NCBI GenBank assembly: GCA_027071315.1
Contig: JALSUP010000064.1
Coordinates: forward strand, 8,345 to 72,344
From: Sulfurovum sp.
Lineage (GTDB): Bacteria; Campylobacterota; Campylobacteria; Campylobacterales; Sulfurovaceae
Reading direction: 5' to 3'
DNA length: 64,000 nt
Below, in pieces: positions 50,843-60,288 of the stretch (positions within the stretch are counted from its first letter, which is position 1; each line of letters begins with the position of its first letter). The notes under the pieces are model-generated. The model had not been told where the DNA came from, did no database searches, and worked only from the letters and a program-made list of their open reading frames with translations. The translations under genes and the position numbers were made by a program.

Positions 50843-51883
50843 TTGCAAGGAGATAGAGAAATCGTGTTTTCCCATCCCAGTTTAAAAGAGTATGCGATGG
50901 CAAGGCTTGTGACCATTGCTGTAACGATCTTTCTTCTCTTCTCCGCTTTGCTGCTTCTCGTCATTGGAGAACAGCGTACAGCCTGGATCGCAATTGCTAT
51001 TCTGGGCACCTCTTTTTCTGTTTTTGTTTTTTCTATCTACTCTGTTACTTCCCGTATGCAAAAAGAGTTGGTTATTATTGCTGACTATTTGAAAAACCTT
51101 GAAAATGTAGACAAGATCGACTATAAGACACACTTTTTTACCAGGGAATTTGAAGAGATCAACCAAAATCTCATTAAAGTACTGAATTCTGCCAAAAAAC
51201 GTGAAGAGATCAAGCAGCGCTACAATGCGAAACTCAAACTCAAAAACAGACAGCGCGGTGATATGATCTCCGCCATTGCACATGAATTCAGAAACCCTAT
51301 CGCCTCCATTATGGGGTATTCACAGACGCTTCAGGAAGATCCTGATATTCCAAAACCGCTGCAAGAGAAATTTTTAACCAAGATTTACAACAACGGTAAT
51401 AAAATAGAAGCTTTGCTCTCCCGTCTTATACTCTGGAACAAGTTTGAAAGCGGTGAAGCGACACTGCATAAAAGTACCTTTGATCTCTATAGTCTGAGTG
51501 AAGAGGTCAAACGCTCTATAGAAGAGAAATACAAAGGACGTAAAATTATATTGGAGGGGAAATCCTGCCGTGTTGAAGCGGACCGTACTCTGATCGATGT
51601 CGTATTGAAGAACCTAATAGAAAATGCCCTTAAGTACTCCAAAGAAGAGATCACTGTCACGGTGTATGACGGGTTGGTCTCAGTGAGCGACAAAGGTGTA
51701 GGGATCGGCGCAAAAGATATGAATAATGTTACCAAAAAATTCTACCGTTCCGGTACACACAACTGGGACAACTCAATGGGACTTGGACTCTCAATTGTTA
51801 AAACGATCTTGTCTATGCATCAAAGTCAGCTTGAGATTAGTTCTGAAATTGATGTCGGCTCTACATTCTCCTTTAAAATATAA
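50843..51883 (+). CDS. orphan sensor histidine kinase (start uncertain: TTG 50843, GTG 50864 or ATG 50897)
   Basis: Two TM helices. H-box AIAHEFRNPIASI, N-box LIENALKYS, G-box GLGLSIVKTI. No adjacent response regulator. Confidence 0.8.
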   Translation: MQGDREIVFSHPSLKEYAMARLVTIAVTIFLLFSALLLLVIGEQRTAWIAIAILGTSFSVFVFSIYSVTSRMQKELVIIADYLKNLENVDKIDYKTHFFTREFEEINQNLIKVLNSAKKREEIKQRYNAKLKLKNRQRGDMISAIAHEFRNPIASIMGYSQTLQEDPDIPKPLQEKFLTKIYNNGNKIEALLSRLILWNKFESGEATLHKSTFDLYSLSEEVKRSIEEKYKGRKIILEGKSCRVEADRTLIDVVLKNLIENALKYSKEEITVTVYDGLVSVSDKGVGIGAKDMNNVTKKFYRSGTHNWDNSMGLGLSIVKTILSMHQSQLEISSEIDVGSTFSFKI

Positions 51884-52055
51884 TCATAGCATATATTAAT
51901 TATTTGTCTATTATATAACCCTGACTCTCCGTGATTTTAATTGGGAGTCAATGACTCTTAATAACATTTAATTATCTTATCAGGCATATGAAAAATACTG
52001 TATGATCACTCTTTAAAGCCATGAAATAGTGCACCAGGTGTTACATTTGGCAGAA

Positions 52056-52077
52056 ATGAAAATGAATTCATGAAAAC
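52056..52077. promoter_or_regulatory. ATGAAAA direct repeat flanking a 10-bp palindrome (candidate regulator site) upstream of the Mo-enzyme operon
   Basis: ATGAAAA-TGAATTC-ATGAAAAC, with the perfect palindrome ATGAATTCAT at 52062-52071, 100 nt upstream of the ATG at 52177. Confidence 0.25.
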
Positions 52078-52176
52078 TCATTGAGAGTTAATTTGACTTG
52101 TAATACAATAAAAAGTATTCATTGTAGAGGTCAGAAATGGCCTGTTTATACTGATAATTAATATCGAGGAGTAAAT

Positions 52177-52935
52177 ATGAAACTAGGTTTCTTAGTTGAC
52201 CTTAACCTATGTATGGGTTGTAAAGGTTGTGAAGTGGCTTGTAAAGTGGAAAATGAAGTTCCACTCGGCTCTTGGCGTTTACGTGTAAAATATATTGATA
52301 TCGGGACATTCCCGGACACATCAAGATCTTTTACACCGTTACGCTGTAATCATTGTGAATCTGCGCCATGTGAGCGCATCTGTCCGGTATCTGCCTTACA
52401 CTATCTTGAAAATGGTATTGTAAACATAGATAGCGCAAGATGTATCGGTTGTGCAGGTTGTATGATGGCTTGTCCTTATGGAGCGATCTATATGGACCCT
52501 GAAACAAATACAGCAGACAAGTGTACCTACTGTGCACACCGTGTTGAGTCCGGTATGATGCCGGCATGTGTTGTTATCTGTCCTGTACAGGCAAATATCT
52601 TCGGTGATATTGATGATGACAACAGTCATATTTCACGCTATATCATGGAACATCAGGGTGCTGTTCAGGTACGTAAACCTGAAAAACATACCAGCCCTAA
52701 ACATTTCTATGTCGGTGGTGGTAACCAGACACTGAATCCGCTTGCGCAGCAAAGAATTGAGGGATACAGTCTCTTTAACAACATTACGCATCTGAAGCAT
52801 ATCGGTAATCCACATGAAGGTGTCATTGACAGATTCCTTGAGCCTTTTAAGGGTGAGGAAAAACTTGATAACAGAAGTTTCATAGATTTTGATAACAATG
52901 CACATGAATCATATGAAGAAGAAGGAGGTCACTAA
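52177..52935 (+). CDS. 4Fe-4S electron-transfer subunit of a molybdopterin oxidoreductase (PsrB/PhsB/TtrB/NrfC type)
   Basis: Four ferredoxin-type clusters: CMGCKGCEVAC, CNHCESAPCERICP, CIGCAGCMMACP, CTYCAHR...CVVICP. Confidence 0.85.
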   Translation: MKLGFLVDLNLCMGCKGCEVACKVENEVPLGSWRLRVKYIDIGTFPDTSRSFTPLRCNHCESAPCERICPVSALHYLENGIVNIDSARCIGCAGCMMACPYGAIYMDPETNTADKCTYCAHRVESGMMPACVVICPVQANIFGDIDDDNSHISRYIMEHQGAVQVRKPEKHTSPKHFYVGGGNQTLNPLAQQRIEGYSLFNNITHLKHIGNPHEGVIDRFLEPFKGEEKLDNRSFIDFDNNAHESYEEEGGH

Positions 52936-53882
52936 TGGTAGAACATGGAATTAATGCAACACAGGCTATTGTAACATTGGATGTCGCACTTCCAGGAATT
53001 ATCTGGGGTTGGATGATCACATTGAATATGTGGGCAAAAAGTATCGGTACGGGAGTCATTCTTGTAGGTGCTTTTCTGCTTTACAGACATAAAAAAGAAG
53101 AGATGCCTAATTTAAGATGGATGATGCCACTTATCGCGTTTATCGCGTTGAATGTTTTCTTACTGTTTACTTTAACTGACCTTCACCACCCATATAGAAT
53201 GGTGAATATCTTCTTGCACCCGCACTGGACTTCAGCAATTACAGTTGGCGCATGGATGGCATCACTCTTTACAGGTCTTATTACTGTAATGATGCTTATC
53301 GGTGGGTTTGACGCGTATCCTGATTTCAGAAAGAACTGTGGTATTGCAAAATCTATAAGAGGTATTTCTCCTTTCTATGAGAAGATCTTCCCTTTTGTTG
53401 TTTTCCTTGCGATTCCTGTTACTTTGTATACGGCGATCATTATGGCTGAATCATCAGCAAGAGAGTTATGGCAGGCACCTGCAGAAGTCATGCAAATGAT
53501 GTGGGCAGCATTTATGGCCGGTTCATCTGCACTTATTCTTATTTCGAATAAGTGGAGTGCTGAAGCAAGAAAAGACCTTGCATTGGTACTTGCAATTGCA
53601 ACATTCTTCTCTTTCATGATGTATATGGGTGAGTATTTCTTCTCATTTAAATCATCTGAAGCAGAAGCAACTTTAGCATTTGTACATGCCGGTGGTGCTT
53701 ACAATACGGAATTCTGGTTTGGTATGGTACTAGGATTTATCATCCCATTCTTCATTGCTGTCAGCAGTATGAAGAGTGATAATAAAACGCTGCTTAGATT
53801 TGCAGCAATCTTGGCATTGGTAGGGCTATACATGGCAAAAGATGTATGGCTTAAAATCCCACAAATGCTAAACTTGAGTTAA
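52935..53882 (+). CDS. NrfD/PsrC-type integral membrane quinol-interacting subunit
   Basis: 315 aa with about 8 TM helices. The start overlaps the FeS subunit stop (TAATG). Confidence 0.8.
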   Translation: MVEHGINATQAIVTLDVALPGIIWGWMITLNMWAKSIGTGVILVGAFLLYRHKKEEMPNLRWMMPLIAFIALNVFLLFTLTDLHHPYRMVNIFLHPHWTSAITVGAWMASLFTGLITVMMLIGGFDAYPDFRKNCGIAKSIRGISPFYEKIFPFVVFLAIPVTLYTAIIMAESSARELWQAPAEVMQMMWAAFMAGSSALILISNKWSAEARKDLALVLAIATFFSFMMYMGEYFFSFKSSEAEATLAFVHAGGAYNTEFWFGMVLGFIIPFFIAVSSMKSDNKTLLRFAAILALVGLYMAKDVWLKIPQMLNLS

Positions 53883-53895
53883 GGAGAAGATATCT

Positions 53896-56800
53896 ATGAC
53901 AAAATCAATGAAAAATGACAATAATTTTATAGAAAGTAGAAGAGGATTCCTTAAAGGAACAGCCTATACAGTTGCAGGTGCAACTTTGGCTGTAGGTGTT
54001 TTTGAAACAATTGCAGAAACACCCGCTGTGGCAGAAGATAAAAAATCATTTACTGCCACTCCTGAAACACTTTCTTTCTACCCACCATTAGAAAACTGGG
54101 ACAGTTTTAAAGAGCTTGACGGTGATGACTGGAAAAGAGGGGGAACAGGACGTAACGGTGTTGTAAGTGACGCTAACCCAAAAGGGATCAAAGTCAATGA
54201 ATTCATGCTTGTACCAACAGTATGTTCAAACTGTGAAGCACAGTGTGGATTGACAGCATGGGTTGAGATCGGTGAATACAAAAGAACAAAAAATCCTAAA
54301 GATCTTTTTGTGAAAAAATATATGGGTAACCCGCTTCACGCAGGTTCCCGTGGTCGAAACTGTGCCAAAGGATATGCAGCCCAGTCGCAAATGTACGATC
54401 CGGACAGAATACCTTTCCCACTAATGAGAGCACCAGGTTCTAAAAGAGGTGAAGGTAAGTGGGTAAGAACCACTTGGGATGAAGCAATGGCGAAGATCGG
54501 TAAGAAGATGCACGATACGCTTAAAGTCGGTGATGAAATGTCACGAAAGTCTATCTTGTATCACGTTGGTCGTCCGAATGAAAATGGTTTTGGTCACCGT
54601 GTACCTCACTCAATGGGTTGTGATGGATATGATTCCCACACAAACATCTGTTCTGCAGGTGCAAGAGAGGGTACGATCCAGTGGACAAATGATGACAGAA
54701 ACTCACCGGATTGGGCAAATGCAAAACTTGTACTGCTTCAGTCTTCACACGCAGCGGACGCAGGTCACTACTTCCAGCAATCAGCAGGTTATATTGCCGA
54801 TGCAAGAAGAAAAGGTGCAAAACTCGTTGTTATGGACCCGAGACTTTCCAACTCAGCAGGTATTGCTGACCTTTGGATACCGATCTGGCCGGGAACAGAA
54901 GCAGCACTTTATCTGCACCTTGCAAACAGAATTTTGAATGAGACAGATATTCACGGTAAAGATCTTGTGAACCATGCCTTCTTTAAGAACTGGGTCAACT
55001 GGGATCAGCTTATGACTGACAAAGCGCAGTTGTCACTGATGGTCTCTAAAGGCTATATGAGTGAAGTACCTCAGGATGAGAGTTATGAAAGCTTTATCAA
55101 GATGCTTAAAGAGATCTACTCACCATACACAAAAGACTTTGTGGTCAAAGAGTGTAAAATGGAAGGATTTGATCATAAACTTGATGAGCTTTTCGAAATG
55201 TTCATTGATGCTGGTGATCAGATCTCTACTTTCTTATGGAGAGCAGGTACTATCGGTCACAAAGGCGGATGGATGAATACACGTGCCGGTTTCCTTCCTA
55301 TTGCCCTTCGTGGTGCGATGGCTGGAAATATCGGTGGTGTTGGACTTCACCACTGGCACGTTATTTCCGTCAATGGTAAAGGTGATGCTGCTGCGGTAGC
55401 AGGAGAAAGACCTCCAAGAGTTGATGTATGGAATGAGTTGGCATGGCCACCTGAGTATCCGCTTTCAACGTATGAGATGTCTCATATTCTTCCTCACCTT
55501 CTTCTGGATGATGAGTGGAGAAACAAGTGGAATTCAAAAGGACTGAATGTCCCTGAGAAATTGGCAGTATGGATCCCTCGTATGTATAACCCTGTCTGGA
55601 TCAACCCGGACGGTTTCAGATGGATAGAAGCATTGAAAAGAGAAGACAAAGTTGAGTTAACTTTCAACCTCTCTCCAACCTGGTCAGAGACGAACTGGTT
55701 CTGTGACTTTATTCTTCCTGTAGGACTTGCAGGTGAGAGACATGACCAGTCATCTGAGCCTACAAAACCGGCAAGATGGTTGAGCTTTAAAAACCCTGCA
55801 CTTCGTGTAGCACTTGAAAAACTGGGATGGACGCCAAAAGATCCAGCACGTGCAACCCTGGAAGCACATATCCATGCCGGTCTCGGTGAGATCTGGGAAG
55901 AGGTAGAGTTCTGGGCAAATATCATGGTTCACCATGTTGACCCTGATGGTTCACTGGGTGTTAGAAAATACTGGGCTTCAAAAGAAGATCCTACAAGAGC
56001 GGTTACGATCCCTGAGTGGTATCAGGCAGCGTTGGACAAACTTCCTAACCTCAGAAAAGCAGCGAAAGCAGCTTACCCTGACTCGAAGTATCCGAACTAT
56101 TACTTCATGAGGGACAGAGGTACCTGGCTGGAAGAAGATCATATCTTCAGACCGCAGGAGAGACCACTTAAGAAAGTTGATGACAAATACTTTGCTCACG
56201 GTCATGAGTATGATGAGTCTGATGTTGAGATAGATGAGTATGGTACATTGTTGGTTGAAGACCATGTATTTGGCGGTAAGAAAGCCATTGGTGTTGAAGT
56301 AGACGGTGAGATCAAACAAGGTTTCCATACGCTTTCCGGTAAGCTTGAATTCTACTCCAAGTGGTTTGCTGAGTGGAAATGGCCTGAATACGCGATACCT
56401 ATCTATCCTAGAAATGCACAGGAACGTAAAGACATGACACACCTTGTTACTCAGGTGCACCATGACTTTATGAAGAAAGACAACGAGTTTGCAATGAACA
56501 CTGTATTTAGATTGCCATACAATATTCATACACGTTCAGTCAACTCCAAGCACTTGATGGAGATCTCTCAAAACCATAACCCGGTTTGGATCAACACAGA
56601 AGATGCAAAACGTCTTGGTATTAAAAGAGGTGATGCAGTTAAGGTCACTATTGAAGATACAGTTTCAGACCTTGAGTCAGGTTACTTTATTGCGATGGCT
56701 GTACCGACAGAAGGTTCTATGCCTGGTGTTGTTCAATGTTCTCACCACGCAGGTAGATGGAAATTGACCAATGCTGTTGAGATCCCGGGATTTGAGCATA

Positions 56801-57249
56801 AGCTTGGTGTCCTTGGATTGGGTGCGCCACTTTTCGATATGACCATGGATGGTAAGATCGGTACAATGAAACCTAAAGAGGGAATCATTGAGGGAATGGA
56901 AGCACGTAGAGATACATGGCAGTTTAAAGAGTACAACAAAGACCTTGACAACATTTGGTGGGATGGTCTTTCAGGTTCTTGGCAAAATGCCGTAGCTCCT
57001 TCTCATCCGGATCCGATCGCGGGTAACCACGCTTGGCACCAGAAGGTACGTATTGAAAAGGCTGCTGCATCTGACAAGATCGGTGACATTTATGTGAATT
57101 ATGAAAACAACATGAAAGTCTACCAGGCATGGAGAGATGACTTGACTCGTCCGCTCCAGGCAGGTGATAAACTCAGAAGACCGGTACACATGAAGAGACC
57201 TGCTGTACCATTGTCACTTAAAGCGTATTCTGTAGATATCAAAGGATAA
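53896..57249 (+). CDS. Tat-exported bis-MGD molybdopterin oxidoreductase catalytic subunit (Psr/Phs/Ttr-related, unusually large)
   Basis: Twin-arginine signal SRRGFLKGTA. FS0 cluster CSNCEAQCG...NCAKG. Candidate Mo-ligand Cys in HTNICSAG. 1117 aa. Confidence 0.85.
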   Translation: MTKSMKNDNNFIESRRGFLKGTAYTVAGATLAVGVFETIAETPAVAEDKKSFTATPETLSFYPPLENWDSFKELDGDDWKRGGTGRNGVVSDANPKGIKVNEFMLVPTVCSNCEAQCGLTAWVEIGEYKRTKNPKDLFVKKYMGNPLHAGSRGRNCAKGYAAQSQMYDPDRIPFPLMRAPGSKRGEGKWVRTTWDEAMAKIGKKMHDTLKVGDEMSRKSILYHVGRPNENGFGHRVPHSMGCDGYDSHTNICSAGAREGTIQWTNDDRNSPDWANAKLVLLQSSHAADAGHYFQQSAGYIADARRKGAKLVVMDPRLSNSAGIADLWIPIWPGTEAALYLHLANRILNETDIHGKDLVNHAFFKNWVNWDQLMTDKAQLSLMVSKGYMSEVPQDESYESFIKMLKEIYSPYTKDFVVKECKMEGFDHKLDELFEMFIDAGDQISTFLWRAGTIGHKGGWMNTRAGFLPIALRGAMAGNIGGVGLHHWHVISVNGKGDAAAVAGERPPRVDVWNELAWPPEYPLSTYEMSHILPHLLLDDEWRNKWNSKGLNVPEKLAVWIPRMYNPVWINPDGFRWIEALKREDKVELTFNLSPTWSETNWFCDFILPVGLAGERHDQSSEPTKPARWLSFKNPALRVALEKLGWTPKDPARATLEAHIHAGLGEIWEEVEFWANIMVHHVDPDGSLGVRKYWASKEDPTRAVTIPEWYQAALDKLPNLRKAAKAAYPDSKYPNYYFMRDRGTWLEEDHIFRPQERPLKKVDDKYFAHGHEYDESDVEIDEYGTLLVEDHVFGGKKAIGVEVDGEIKQGFHTLSGKLEFYSKWFAEWKWPEYAIPIYPRNAQERKDMTHLVTQVHHDFMKKDNEFAMNTVFRLPYNIHTRSVNSKHLMEISQNHNPVWINTEDAKRLGIKRGDAVKVTIEDTVSDLESGYFIAMAVPTEGSMPGVVQCSHHAGRWKLTNAVEIPGFEHKLGVLGLGAPLFDMTMDGKIGTMKPKEGIIEGMEARRDTWQFKEYNKDLDNIWWDGLSGSWQNAVAPSHPDPIAGNHAWHQKVRIEKAAASDKIGDIYVNYENNMKVYQAWRDDLTRPLQAGDKLRRPVHMKRPAVPLSLKAYSVDIKG

Positions 57250-57264
57250 CGTTTTACCCTATAC

Positions 57265-57289
57265 CCAGAGAAGGAGACTTCCTCTCTGG
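57265..57289 (+). terminator. stem-loop just after the catalytic subunit stop (attenuator or mRNA-stabilising hairpin; no U-tract)
   Basis: CCAGAGAAGGA-gact-TCCTCTCTGG (11/10 nt arms, one bulge), 16 nt after the stop at 57249. Confidence 0.3.
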
Positions 57290-57415
57290 TGGGTTACTGC
57301 TACACACACTACTTATACAATTTTCCAGATAAATTTTTTTAGCACTCTCCCTTAAGTTGCATTTATCTTGAAAGTGGTATAGTTCGCACACAATAATGAA
57401 CCATAAAGGGTTAAC

Positions 57416-58063
57416 ATGGAAGAGATGAAACAGGAATTAAAAAATAGAATCGCTTTATATGCATTGATGTCAAGATTGATGATCACCGAAGCTGATGAAG
57501 CCTTTTTGAATGAGATTGAGCAAGATGAGCAGATGCTTGCACTTTTCCCAAATTACAAAACCTGGTCTAAACGCAAAGATTTTAATACCAAAGAGTTGAT
57601 TGAACAGCAATACAATGTAGATTATGCCAATCTCTTTTTAATGCATATGGTACCGTATGAGAGTTTTTATGTCAGAGATGATCAAATGATCGACAGCGGC
57701 GGCGGGAATCCTGTAATAGAACTGTATGATGCTTTGGATTTTAAAGTCGAGCTTGAAAAAGCAAGAGTGGTCAGTGGCGACCACATCGGTGTCGAACTGG
57801 AGTTCATGTATATGCTTTGTAATGCACAGCTTAAAGCATTGGAAGCAGAAGACCAGGAGGGGATCTGCGAACTTTACCAGATACAAAAAGGATTCTTGAA
57901 AGACCACCTTCTTGAGTGGGCATCAATGTTCCTGATCAATATGAAGAGAGAGTCAAGAACACCACTGTATCATGATGGTGCAGAATTGACATTGGAATTC
58001 CTTCTGAGTGATTATGAATATATTACTGAAGCACTTTCAAACTCTTGTAAAGATGTTGCATAA
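57416..58063 (+). CDS. TorD/DmsD-family redox-enzyme maturation chaperone
   Basis: 215 aa, all-helical. YALMSRLM, DYANLFL and GDHIGVELEFM fit the TorD-like family pattern. Confidence 0.65.
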   Translation: MEEMKQELKNRIALYALMSRLMITEADEAFLNEIEQDEQMLALFPNYKTWSKRKDFNTKELIEQQYNVDYANLFLMHMVPYESFYVRDDQMIDSGGGNPVIELYDALDFKVELEKARVVSGDHIGVELEFMYMLCNAQLKALEAEDQEGICELYQIQKGFLKDHLLEWASMFLINMKRESRTPLYHDGAELTLEFLLSDYEYITEALSNSCKDVA

Positions 58064-58066
58064 GCG

Positions 58067-59239
58067 ATGAAGTTACATTTAGATCCTGCTCTCTGTGTAA
58101 GAGCTACCAGTAAACTTTCCATCTGTACCAAGTGTGCAGATGCCTGCCCTGAAAGTGTTGAGATCGTAGAACAGCTTCCCTCTTTTGCAAAATCGACAGG
58201 AGTGGAAGCTGCTGCCTGTGTCGGTGCCTGTCCTACCTCTGCTTTTTCACTGTCAGATTTTTCTGTGACAGAATTTTTCTTTACCTTTCTGGAATCCAAA
58301 GTACGTTTGATCTCTTCAAAGTTGAATGTGCCCTGTATTTCTGTCCTGAGTGTGGAACATCTTATCTCTCTGGCTACAGCCAGCCATGAAGCAATAACGA
58401 TCGATCTTACGCCTTATGAAACAGGATCCCACTTACTCGAAGTGATCGAGTTACGCATTGAAGAAGCTAATTATGTGCTCTCCTCTTTTTCCGATAAAGT
58501 TATAGAGACAAACCTTGAAAAAGCGTTGGTCAAAGAGACACTTTCAGATGTCTCTGCCGAAAAAGCAGAGGAGGAGAGTAAAGAAGGTTCAAGACGAGAT
58601 TTTTTTACTAAAAATGCTTCTTTGGAAGGTGTGGCAAAACATAAATATGCATTTGATCAGGCGGTAGAAGCAGATGAACTGCACAACTTCGACATTGACC
58701 AAAATGTGATCGACAAGATCAAGAATAAGCACTTACCGGATAAACGGAAGATCCTTTTTACAGCATTGAAACGTGTAGAAACACCGGAAAATTTTGAAGT
58801 ATTGGCAGAGAGTGATATCAGCTTTGTCTCACAGAAGTATATAGATGACAACTGTACCAACTGTCAGATCTGTTATCGTATCTGTCCTACCGGAGCTTTG
58901 AGCTCGAACGGGAAATTCTCGGTCATTAACTTTGATGCAATGCTTTGTGTCAAGTGTCATCTTTGCCATGATGTCTGTGAACCTGATGCTATTCACCTGC
59001 AGCCGGGCTTTGAAACCAAAGAGTTTTTTGATTCAACGCAGCGTACTTTGGCGACATTTGAAGTCAAACGCTGTAATGAGTGTGCCAACTACTTTACGTA
59101 TACGGGAGGGGAGCTTACTTGTCCCCGTTGTGCGGTAGAAGAGGAAGAAGCACTCTTTTTACACAGCAATGCAAAGCAGATGGAAGCTGAAAAAAAGGCA
59201 GCCCTCGAAGCACAGAAGAAAGAGGATGAAGAGTTATGA
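58067..59239 (+). CDS. multi-cluster ferredoxin-like protein with C-terminal CxxC...CxxC ribbon
   Basis: CTKCADACP, CVGACP, CTNCQICYRICPTGA, CVKCHLCHDVCEPDA, then CNECANYF...CPRCA and an acidic/Lys tail. Confidence 0.7.
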   Translation: MKLHLDPALCVRATSKLSICTKCADACPESVEIVEQLPSFAKSTGVEAAACVGACPTSAFSLSDFSVTEFFFTFLESKVRLISSKLNVPCISVLSVEHLISLATASHEAITIDLTPYETGSHLLEVIELRIEEANYVLSSFSDKVIETNLEKALVKETLSDVSAEKAEEESKEGSRRDFFTKNASLEGVAKHKYAFDQAVEADELHNFDIDQNVIDKIKNKHLPDKRKILFTALKRVETPENFEVLAESDISFVSQKYIDDNCTNCQICYRICPTGALSSNGKFSVINFDAMLCVKCHLCHDVCEPDAIHLQPGFETKEFFDSTQRTLATFEVKRCNECANYFTYTGGELTCPRCAVEEEEALFLHSNAKQMEAEKKAALEAQKKEDEEL

Positions 59240-59706
59240 GACCAGAAGAGATCAAACCGGATACCCGTCTTTGCACCATTCTCGGCTACAATGCCCAGAC
59301 AGGGTATATGCGAAAATATTTCAACAGGATCCTCAAAGACCAGCAGATCAATGCCACTGCCATTGCCTTGAATATTGGTGATGAACACTTTGATTTTACG
59401 ATGCAGAATGTGGGTCAGTCCAAAGTTGATAAAATGATGATAGAACGTGAATTTTCGAAGAAGGCATTGGAGTATTGTGATAGTTTAGATACAGTTGCCC
59501 AACGTGAAGGGTATGTGGATTTCATTGAAGTAGAAGAGGGAAAAGTCAAAGGATTCTGTTTACAGGATGCCTCAAAAGCCCTGTTTGAACAGGCAGAATT
59601 TTTAGATGATAATATACTGTTTGCTGCCAAAATGATGTTGCTTGCTGCACGTTGGTTTGATGCAAAAATAGATGTGGATGAGATACCACTATTAATAGGA
59701 GCGTAA
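59236..59706 (+). CDS. hypothetical protein resembling a catalytically degenerate shikimate-dehydrogenase N-terminal domain
   Basis: 156 aa with an ATGA overlap. LCTILGYNAQTGYMRKYFN...DSLDTVAQREGYVDFIEVEEGKVKGFCLQD parallels this window's AroE (LFAIFGNPVSHSKSPLMHN...[29 protein letters not shown]). Confidence 0.45.
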   Translation: MRPEEIKPDTRLCTILGYNAQTGYMRKYFNRILKDQQINATAIALNIGDEHFDFTMQNVGQSKVDKMMIEREFSKKALEYCDSLDTVAQREGYVDFIEVEEGKVKGFCLQDASKALFEQAEFLDDNILFAAKMMLLAARWFDAKIDVDEIPLLIGA

Positions 59707-59707
59707 G

Positions 59708-60169
59708 ATGAAAGATAAAGATTTACATGATTTAAGAAAAGAGTTTGAGGATTTTAACATTAATGAAGAAGCATGTGTCGATGGTGCATGCAGCAGTGAT
59801 GAAGAGACTGATCTTAAAGATTATCCTTCTTATACGGAAGCACTTTATGCCAAATTGGTCGCTCCCTATGTAAGCGGTATCTATATTTCACGCTGGGACA
59901 TTAAAGATATTGCTCTGGAGGCTGGAGATTCTATGGCGATCCACCCGCGTAAACGTATGTTTGAACTTTTAATGAAGTATGCCACTTCAAAGGAAAATAT
60001 GCAGGCGGTACTGGATGCCCTTGAAAATCATATGCATGAGAAAATTGCTATTTATCAGGAGTTGATGACCTCTTTTCCTACCTCAAAGGAAATATTTCAG
60101 CCAAAGATAGACAAAGCAGAAAAAACCATGAAGCTTTTCCCTCAGATCATTGAAGAGTATTTTGAATAG
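59708..60169 (+). CDS. hypothetical protein (acidic N-terminus with CxxxxC, helical C-terminal part)
   Basis: 153 aa, starting 1 nt after the previous stop. No motif I recognise. Confidence 0.45.
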   Translation: MKDKDLHDLRKEFEDFNINEEACVDGACSSDEETDLKDYPSYTEALYAKLVAPYVSGIYISRWDIKDIALEAGDSMAIHPRKRMFELLMKYATSKENMQAVLDALENHMHEKIAIYQELMTSFPTSKEIFQPKIDKAEKTMKLFPQIIEEYFE

Positions 60170-60247
60170 ACCGCATAAACAGTTTTAATATCTCTTCTCA
60201 CGGATCACCTTTTGAGAGGGATGACTCAGCGTTAACCATCTTTGGAG

Positions 60248-60253
60248 TATAAT
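60248..60253 (+). promoter_or_regulatory. candidate extended -10 promoter (TGgaGTATAAT) for the malic enzyme gene
   Basis: TATAAT lies 35 nt upstream of the ATG at 60289. RBS AAAGG. Confidence 0.35.
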
Positions 60254-60288
60254 ACAATACTGTAGATACATTAAAAAAAGGTCGGTAA

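Noticed and set aside
55978-56529. A 183-aa ORF antisense within the molybdopterin catalytic subunit gene, and similar ORFs at 55494-55925 and 60765-61286.
   Set aside because: These are shadow ORFs inside strongly supported CDSs.
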